The notes beneath the pieces were generated by a model. That model saw only the letters and a list, made by a program, of their open reading frames with translations, had not been told where the DNA came from and made no database searches. Shown in pieces: positions 57,477 through 64,000 of a stretch of DNA of 64,000 nucleotides. This stretch comes from Candidatus Woesebacteria bacterium RIFCSPLOWO2_01_FULL_39_61 (lineage in GTDB: Bacteria; Patescibacteriota; Microgenomatia; UBA8517), in NCBI GenBank assembly GCA_001793155.1, contig MGHI01000005.1:23-64022 (forward strand). The letters are read 5' to 3'. Both the position numbers and the translations under genes were made by a program. Position 1 is the first letter of the stretch, and each line of letters starts with the position of its first letter.

Positions 57477-58454
57477 TTACATCCACCCCAGCTCTGAATG
57501 ATGAACCTCACCCTTAACTGTAAAATTGGTTACTCCTTGCGGAACCGTATATTCGTCATAAAACTCATCAGAACCGGGCTTTTTAGTTGTAACTTCACCT
57601 CTTAACGTTCCGTTAATCGTAAATCTGGCTTTATCGAATGTACCTGCCGACGCGGTTCCACTGACTGCAAAACGAACTTTATTACCCGCCTTTAATTTGG
57701 TAAGGTCCTCTGAAGAAAGAAGGTTCCACTCTAGATCATAAGCTTTCACATTCTCACACTTTGCAGTGATTTGAGGTGGGGTAGTTGGTTGTGGTGAAGG
57801 GGTTCCTCCGGGTGGTTTGGTGGGTTGTGAAGTTGGAGAAATAGGGATAGTTGGAGTGGGTTCTCCTGAAACCAACTTAACCTGAATATTGCTTATATCT
57901 TTGCAATCCGGTCCTGACCCAACTTTTTCCCAAGAAAGTGACACACCATTGATATCAACTTTGTAACACCCATCGTTTGTGCTGCCCGGAGGGTAAGCTT
58001 TAGCATCCTTTGCCGTAATCAGAACTTCCGTAATGGTTCTTGGGGAAGTAAATGATCCTGAATTTCCGGGACTCTCTAGTAAAATACAGTTTGGACTTTG
58101 CTGACATTCCCTGCCGCTGGAGGCTCTTTCGGCAATTTGTTGCTGGCGCTGGACCAAGTAAACTCCTGAGGCGACTCCACCGATCAAAAAAAGAATCCCG
58201 AAAATGGTTGCTATGACCTTACCCCCGCCATATTTTTTAGGAACGTGGGGAGCCTGGACGTTTGAAGTATTACTACTCTCGTCACTGGTTTTTTCTTTTG
58301 GAGAGGAGATAGGAATTGCGGGCGGATTGAGAATAGAGTCGGAATTTACCGCTACGCTTGTGGGAGCATCCGTTACCGAAGAGCTATCAGATGAAGAAAC
58401 GCCTGTGTTTGTTTGAGGTGTTTGAGTATTTGTTGGATTATTGTCGTCGGGCAT
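57477..58454 (-). CDS. Membrane-anchored Cys-containing surface protein
   Basis: TM + YLVQRQQQIAERA; Pro/Thr linker; C-terminal beta domain. Confidence 0.65.
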   Translation of the reverse strand: MPDDNNPTNTQTPQTNTGVSSSDSSSVTDAPTSVAVNSDSILNPPAIPISSPKEKTSDESSNTSNVQAPHVPKKYGGGKVIATIFGILFLIGGVASGVYLVQRQQQIAERASSGRECQQSPNCILLESPGNSGSFTSPRTITEVLITAKDAKAYPPGSTNDGCYKVDINGVSLSWEKVGSGPDCKDISNIQVKLVSGEPTPTIPISPTSQPTKPPGGTPSPQPTTPPQITAKCENVKAYDLEWNLLSSEDLTKLKAGNKVRFAVSGTASAGTFDKARFTINGTLRGEVTTKKPGSDEFYDEYTVPQGVTNFTVKGEVHHSELGWM

Positions 58455-58557
58455 GGTTAAAGTCTGAATTTAACTAGATGAACATACACTTAATTTGGAA
58501 TATAAATCATAATAATTAAAGTATGAATCTCAAGTCAATTCATTATACTTCCTTATT

Positions 58558-59331
58558 TTAAGGAAAATCTATACGGGCCTCGGGTACGTAGTTTATCTCT
58601 TCTGACGGAGTATTTTTAAAGTTATGAGTTTTACCAATAACTATGGGCGGGGCAGGTTTTGCTGAAACAGAATACATGTAAGCAGAAGCAATGCCATTGG
58701 GTCCTCCTTGCACAAGGATTTCGATAGGAGTTTTTTCTTCATCAAAACTAATATAATTCGCTAGGGACAGTGTTCTAGCCTGACCAATATTAATAGTCCA
58801 CCCGCCTTCTTTTGTAGTAAGAGTTGACAACGGACTTGAACCACCGATAACAGTGTAAACAAGGGCTCCTTCGACAGGTTCCCCGAGTGATGTAATGATT
58901 TTACCCGAGATAATATACGCCTGAGATTGAGTTGAAATTAATTCTCCTGTTTGAACTTTCCAGTTTATTCCGTTATTGTCGAATTCTTTCCCTCCGGAAT
59001 TTATTTTGAAAAAATAGGCAGTTCTGGGAGACAAGCCCTCTACATTAACAAAGTGAGTGTGGCTGGATTTTTCAGATGGACTTAAAGACACCCGGTTGAG
59101 AAAAGGTTCGGTTTTTCCCCAACGTATAAAACCGGATGTTTTTCTATCAGTTGTCCACGAGATTGTAAATGATGAGTCTTTAATATTTGTAACCCTAACA
59201 TTTTTTGGACTGGTTTCATTTAAAGCATAAATATTAAAAATTTGTTTATTCCTGATAAAAATGACTCCGTCGGTAATTCCTACTAGAAGTATGGCGACTG
59301 CCAAGATAGTTGGAATGCTACTGTCCTTCAT
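58558..59331 (-). CDS. Fibronectin type III-domain protein
   Basis: PKNVRVTNI.DSSFTISWTT; H.V..GLSP.TAYFFKI. Confidence 0.8.
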   Translation of the reverse strand: MKDSSIPTILAVAILLVGITDGVIFIRNKQIFNIYALNETSPKNVRVTNIKDSSFTISWTTDRKTSGFIRWGKTEPFLNRVSLSPSEKSSHTHFVNVEGLSPRTAYFFKINSGGKEFDNNGINWKVQTGELISTQSQAYIISGKIITSLGEPVEGALVYTVIGGSSPLSTLTTKEGGWTINIGQARTLSLANYISFDEEKTPIEILVQGGPNGIASAYMYSVSAKPAPPIVIGKTHNFKNTPSEEINYVPEARIDFP

Positions 59332-59336
59332 GATCT

Positions 59337-59678
59337 TTAACCTCCTTCCAGAGGTGTTGTCTCTCCGGTTGGAGCCGGGGTGGGGGTTAACACTTGCTCA
59401 GTTTCCGGTAGGATATCTGTGGGAGTGGGAGTAACTAAAATAATTGAAGGTATCGTGGTGAAATCAACATCCTCTTCTTCAAAAAAGACCCTACTACCTA
59501 ATTGACCTAGAGCATTTCTGTCGAGGTTGGGATCAAGAGGTTCTAGAAGCTTAGAATCAACGTGTATAACCGGTTTGGAGGTTAAGATATTATATAGGCT
59601 GAAAAAAACCCAGAAAATTAATGTTACTGTCGTAAATATGGCTACAGTTACCAGTCGTGGAGCTTTTTGTTTTTTCAT
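59337..59678 (-). CDS. Small membrane protein of the pilNO cluster
   Basis: N-terminal TM; overlaps the pilO stop. Confidence 0.6.
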   Translation of the reverse strand: MKKQKAPRLVTVAIFTTVTLIFWVFFSLYNILTSKPVIHVDSKLLEPLDPNLDRNALGQLGSRVFFEEEDVDFTTIPSIILVTPTPTDILPETEQVLTPTPAPTGETTPLEGG

Positions 59679-60373
59679 TCTACAATCTCCTTTACCTCCT
59701 TTTGGCTATTTTGGTAATAAGGTAATCGACCCTCAATCGCCAGTGATAAAAGTACATTTTCTCCTTCTCTCGACGTGTTCATTACCAGCTTATCGATTTT
59801 AGCCGGCCTTCGAAGTTTTTCAAGGTCGGATATGAGATTAGTTAAAGATTGATACTCTTCGATGTTAACTGTAAAAGTAATTGAGAACGGTAGTTCGTTT
59901 GTTCCTTCCGGGAAAGGTTCCATATTTTTGGCGTCAGTTTTAGGCGCCGTCGCTCGCAGTCCCAAGATGGTTGCCTTATCAAGAGATATTTTTGAGATTG
60001 GTACTGAATATCGGATAGACAAACCCTCTATTTGTCGGGCAAAAACGTCAGGAATCGGATTCGGGGGGATTGAGCTATTCAATAGTATTACATTTTGCTG
60101 TTCCTGATCAAAAAGAACTTGAGCACGTCCTAAATTAGAGATTTTTTCATCCATTTTGGCAAGAGTCTCTTTTTTTGTTTCGATTTCTTTGAGAAGACCC
60201 GCAATCGTCAGGATAGTCGGTCTTAGCGCAAAGATTGCAAAGACGGAAATCGTGGCGAGGGACAAAAGTATCTCAAGATAAACTTTGACATCCGCCCTTT
60301 CTTTGTACCTTCCCATCACATTCAAAAAATAGGATTTATAGCGCAGATATTCTCGTCTCCAGGATTGATTCAT
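59675..60373 (-). CDS. pilO: Type IV pilus PilO-like protein
   Basis: FAIFALRPT, coiled coil, IP..P, Y..L..LI..LEKLRR. Confidence 0.7.
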   Translation of the reverse strand: MNQSWRREYLRYKSYFLNVMGRYKERADVKVYLEILLSLATISVFAIFALRPTILTIAGLLKEIETKKETLAKMDEKISNLGRAQVLFDQEQQNVILLNSSIPPNPIPDVFARQIEGLSIRYSVPISKISLDKATILGLRATAPKTDAKNMEPFPEGTNELPFSITFTVNIEEYQSLTNLISDLEKLRRPAKIDKLVMNTSREGENVLLSLAIEGRLPYYQNSQKEVKEIVE

Positions 60374-60376
60374 AAT

Positions 60377-60940
60377 TTAAGTTTTTTTTCCTGAACTGGT
60401 CTTGGCTTGAATAGTAAATTTCAAAAGTGATGGGTTATTTTGGTCCGACCTTAATTCTATAAGAATCACATTTTCAAATATGTCCGTAGAACCTAAGTTT
60501 ACAATGAGTTGTTGAATACTTCTTTCGTTGGGAGATAGACCTTCAAAGTTCAAGCTGTCTTTTGAGAATGAAACCAAGCTTAGAAAAACGTCATCTGGTA
60601 AATAAGATTTTAAAGTGTTTAGCGACTTTGAGACAACGTCTTGGTTAGCTGTTAAATCAGTAAAAACTTTTAGTCTTTTTTGGGTATCTTTAAATTCGGC
60701 GTCGAAGGCTTTAGAGGCCGAAAGAACCGCTTGTTTTTGCTGTAACTCCTCGGTTAGATCTGTGTTTTGTGCATCCAGCCAGAAACGAGATAGGAAAGCT
60801 ATCATTACTATTATCTCAGTGACGATAACGATTATTCTGAAAGAAGACAGAATCCAAGTAAGTATTCGACCGGTTGTCGTTTGTTCGAAGCCTTTTTCCG
60901 GGAGTAGATTGATTTGTTCTTCTTTTTTGTGGGCAGCCAT
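60377..60940 (-). CDS. pilN: Type IV pilus PilN-like protein
   Basis: INLLP, TM, coiled coil, LP.DV.L..., F.NV.L. Confidence 0.75.
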   Translation of the reverse strand: MAAHKKEEQINLLPEKGFEQTTTGRILTWILSSFRIIVIVTEIIVMIAFLSRFWLDAQNTDLTEELQQKQAVLSASKAFDAEFKDTQKRLKVFTDLTANQDVVSKSLNTLKSYLPDDVFLSLVSFSKDSLNFEGLSPNERSIQQLIVNLGSTDIFENVILIELRSDQNNPSLLKFTIQAKTSSGKKT

Positions 60941-61110
60941 TTAAATAATGACTATATTTAGTCAGTATATCTACAAACATCACAGTTTAAAATCAGACTA
61001 AAAAAGTGATGTACGCTACAGAAATCGCATACATTAGTTCTATACGCACTTGCGATTTCTATATCTCCAATATATCACAGGAGAGATACTTCAGAGAAGT
61101 TTATATATTT

Positions 61111-61416
61111 CTACTTTTTCTTTTTAGAGGCTTTAGATCTTTTACTTTTGGTAGGTTTAGTTTTGCTATAATTCGATTTTGATTTGGGTAAAAGTTTGGA
61201 AAGGGAACTTTTAATTCGGGCGGCCTTGTTTTTGTGAATAATCTTACTTTTTACCGCGCGATCGGTTAGAGATATCGCCCTTAGGATATTATTTTTAGAC
61301 CTTCCCTTTTTGGCAATTCTTATTGCAGCATCGAGTTTTGTCGAAATTAAAGTATTTATATTTTGTTTTCTGCGTGAAGAGCGCAAGGCTCTTTTTGCTG
61401 TTTTAGTTATAGGCAT
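61111..61416 (-). CDS. rpsT: 30S ribosomal protein S20
   Basis: MPITKTAKRALR..DRAVK..IIHKNKAARIKS. Confidence 0.95.
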   Translation of the reverse strand: MPITKTAKRALRSSRRKQNINTLISTKLDAAIRIAKKGRSKNNILRAISLTDRAVKSKIIHKNKAARIKSSLSKLLPKSKSNYSKTKPTKSKRSKASKKKK

Positions 61417-61610
61417 ATTCGTTTCATACTTTCTTTAATAAAGAAAGTATGACAAAGAAATTTAAAGACTAGATTGTGCTGTTCAATCAGCAGTAGTTCC
61501 CGAGTATAATCTAACAAACTTTAAATTTCAATGACCTTGAAATACCCGGTAACTCACTTGTCAAACTTTGAAATATGCAAAAAAATATTTTGGGTATAAG
61601 CTAAATTAAG

Positions 61611-63341
61611 ATGATGAAAAAAATTATTGATAGGGGCAAGAAGCTTCTCTTTGCTCCGCAAGAATCGGTTCTTTCTGCGGCAACAATCATTATGGTCATG
61701 GTTGTAGCTTCTCGGGTACTTGGTTTAGTACGTCAAAGGACGCTGGCTCATTTTTTTGCTCCCGACGAGCTCTCACTTTTTTTTGCTGCGTTCCGGCTTC
61801 CGGATTTAGTTTTTGAAGTCTTGGTCTTTGGAACCTTCGCTTCGGCCTTTATCCCGGTTTTTACAAAATCGCTTAAGGAAGGAGAAAAGAATGCTTGGAG
61901 AACGGCGAGTGTTGTTGTTAATATCGGACTTTCAATTTTCCTGTTATTCTCCCTACTTTTAGGTTTGTCGGCACACTCTGTTTACGGATTATTTGCCCCG
62001 GGATTTGTAGGTCCCGAACGGGAAAAGATTGTCGAATTGGCAAGAGTACTTTTTGCGGCACAAGGGTTTTTTGTTGTGAGCTATGTTTTAACAGGAGTAT
62101 TGGAGTCTTTACGCAGGTTCTTAATACCTGCCCTGGCACCACTTTTTTATAATCTCGGAATAATAATAAGTACGATTGTTTTTGCTCCGTCATTGGGATT
62201 AATGGCGCCGGCAATCGGAGTAATTTTGGGGGCGTTAATTCATTTTTTGATTCAATTGCCTTTGGCTATGAAGATGGGATTCCGTTTTACTGCTAGTTTG
62301 AAACTGACACCTGAAGTCAGGAAAATTGCAAAACTTGCTGCACCAAGAATTCTGGAAACCTTTTTCTTACAAATTTCGAAAACCGCAGAACTTTTCTTTT
62401 CCTCCCTCGTATCGAAGGCGGCTTATACCTACTACACTTTTGGAAGCAGTCTTCAGCTGGTTCCGGTTGGACTTTTTGGTACCTCGATAGCCAAGGCAGC
62501 TTTGCCTACTTTGTCGCGTGAATCAGACAACCCGGAAATTTTTAGAAAAACACTTTTTTCCGCCCTTTACGACATGTGTTTTTTTGTTGTTCCTGTTGCG
62601 ACGGTGTTTGTTGTTCTGAGAATTCCTATAGTCAGACTTATTTATGGTACTGATATTTTCAGTTGGGAGGCAACATTACAAACAGGATATGTGGTGAGTG
62701 CATTTGCGGTGGGAATTATTTTCCAGTCAGCTGCTTCACTACTTGCACGAAGTTTCTATGCCCTTCACGATACCAAGACTCCGGTTATGGTGTCCATTTC
62801 CTCAATTATTTTTATTATAACAGTCGACTTTATATTTATAAGGGTATTAAACTTTGGCATTTGGGGTTTAGCTGCTTCGTTTTCCATGGGTGTTGCCATC
62901 CAGGCGTCTACTTTATTTTATTTGATCAACAGACGAACCGGTGGTAACCATTTTTTTAAAACACTTACTCCGGTTTTTAAAGCAGCAGCTGCGGCTTTTG
63001 GTTCCGGCATAGTAATGTTTTTTATATTGAAGATTTTTGACAGATCGGTATGGATAAAAAGACTTTCCTTTTTAAGTTCACTGGAGAGTACTGCTTATAT
63101 TCCCTTTGAAAAGTTTGTTCTCGATACCCGCTATACTGTCAATCTTTTAATTCTTACTGCAATTGTTGCACTTATCGGGGGAGTTACCTATATTTTGATT
63201 TCAATAGTAATTGGCTCGGATCAGGTATGGAACTTTTTTAACTTATTAAGACGCATTTTATTGAGACATAAAGTCACCCCGATTCCGAGTAAAGAACAGG
63301 AAACGGTTGCTCCGCCGCCCTCTGATACGCAGACGCAATAA
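61611..63341 (+). CDS. murJ: Lipid II flippase MurJ
   Basis: SRVLGLVR, AAFRLPD, AFIPVF, LPTLS, FYAL.DTKTP. Confidence 0.94.
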   Translation: MMKKIIDRGKKLLFAPQESVLSAATIIMVMVVASRVLGLVRQRTLAHFFAPDELSLFFAAFRLPDLVFEVLVFGTFASAFIPVFTKSLKEGEKNAWRTASVVVNIGLSIFLLFSLLLGLSAHSVYGLFAPGFVGPEREKIVELARVLFAAQGFFVVSYVLTGVLESLRRFLIPALAPLFYNLGIIISTIVFAPSLGLMAPAIGVILGALIHFLIQLPLAMKMGFRFTASLKLTPEVRKIAKLAAPRILETFFLQISKTAELFFSSLVSKAAYTYYTFGSSLQLVPVGLFGTSIAKAALPTLSRESDNPEIFRKTLFSALYDMCFFVVPVATVFVVLRIPIVRLIYGTDIFSWEATLQTGYVVSAFAVGIIFQSAASLLARSFYALHDTKTPVMVSISSIIFIITVDFIFIRVLNFGIWGLAASFSMGVAIQASTLFYLINRRTGGNHFFKTLTPVFKAAAAAFGSGIVMFFILKIFDRSVWIKRLSFLSSLESTAYIPFEKFVLDTRYTVNLLILTAIVALIGGVTYILISIVIGSDQVWNFFNLLRRILLRHKVTPIPSKEQETVAPPPSDTQTQ

Positions 63342-63350
63342 GATAGTGTC

Positions 63351-63387
63351 TTGACACCAATTAGCACTCGTGATAGGATTCTGCTAA
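63351..63387 (+). promoter_or_regulatory. hrcA promoter overlapping a CIRCE
   Basis: TTGACA(63351)-17-TAGGAT; TTAGCACTC-N9-TTCTGCTAA at 63361-63387. Confidence 0.82.
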
Positions 63388-63476
63388 TATAAGAGTAAAA
63401 GAGCAGGAGAGCTGGAGAGTATAAGTAAGAAATTTTAGTCTCCCACTCTTACACTCTTCTACTCTTCCACTCTAAA

Positions 63477-64000
63477 ATGACTGATGCACTTACCGCCAGA
63501 CAAACACAAATTCTAAAGAGCATAATTGACGAGTATATCGAAACGGCTCAAGCCGTCGGTTCGGAAGCGTTGGATAAAAAATATAACCTCGGCGTTTCCC
63601 CGGCAACAATTCGAAATGAAATGGTGCTTCTCACCAAAATGGGATATCTAAGGCAGCTTCACACTTCCGCGGGCCGCGTTCCGTCTCCCAAGGCCATGAA
63701 ATTTTATATCAACCAATTAATGGAGGAAAGACAAATGAGCCTGGCGGATGAGGTGAAAGCGAAAGAAGAAGTCTGGGACGTACGCAAAGACCTGGACCGA
63801 CTTTTGGATGAAGCGACTCATGCTCTTGCCGAGAGGACACAAAATCTAGCCGTCGGCGTTTTAGAAGATGAAGATAAAGTGTGGCATGCAGGGTATGCAA
63901 ATGTTTTTTCCAACCCGGAATTTACTGACCTTAGTGTTTGTTCCAGTCTTTTTTCTCTTCTTGAAGAAGAAGGAAGGATAATGGATCTTTTCTTCGGAAG
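63477..64000 (+). CDS. hrcA: Heat-inducible transcription repressor HrcA (runs off the window end)
   Basis: MTDALTARQTQILKSIIDEYIETAQAVGS..VSPATIRNEM..GYL.Q.HTSAGRVPS. Confidence 0.95.
   Translation, partial: MTDALTARQTQILKSIIDEYIETAQAVGSEALDKKYNLGVSPATIRNEMVLLTKMGYLRQLHTSAGRVPSPKAMKFYINQLMEERQMSLADEVKAKEEVWDVRKDLDRLLDEATHALAERTQNLAVGVLEDEDKVWHAGYANVFSNPEFTDLSVCSSLFSLLEEEGRIMDLFFG

Noticed and set aside
61424-61452. AT-rich palindrome upstream of rpsT
   Set aside because: Could be an autoregulatory hairpin, but there is no supporting evidence from sequence alone.

Overview
AT-rich bacterial chromosomal window. Its gene content (GT-C membrane glycosyltransferases, DUF2298, PEGA/SH3, FemAB, LCP, pilN/pilO cluster, YerC, RmuC, UvrD-nuclease fusion, mostly leaderless genes) suggests Patescibacteria/CPR, probably Microgenomates; this is inference. 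Housekeeping parts include tRNA-Cys, CIRCE-controlled hsp20 and hrcA, metG, pcrA, rpsT, murJ and cell-envelope glycosylation genes. The main unexplained structure is an ~10 kb array (14.2-24.5 kb) of one- or two-gene cassettes (phosphatase, MOSC, CopC-cupredoxin, GNAT, NUDIX, BrnTA, oxidoreductase, SRPBCC, peptidase, HigBA-like, HD, RidA). The cassettes are separated by 13 same-orientation copies of one short repeat (A) and about 6 of a second (B), with no integrase or attC motif in the window. Repeat A reads like the fossil 3' end of a minus-strand gene. At least four other loci carry diverged duplicate gene ends, three of them flanking inserted cargo (a GT39 gene, metG, a NUDIX gene; an SGNH gene has almost no insert). 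Together these suggest an integrase-free 'gene-end replacement' mode of cassette accretion. Also seen: an unannotated structured transcription unit at ~44 kb, in-frame palindromic insertions in proteins, and several frameshifted accessory genes.
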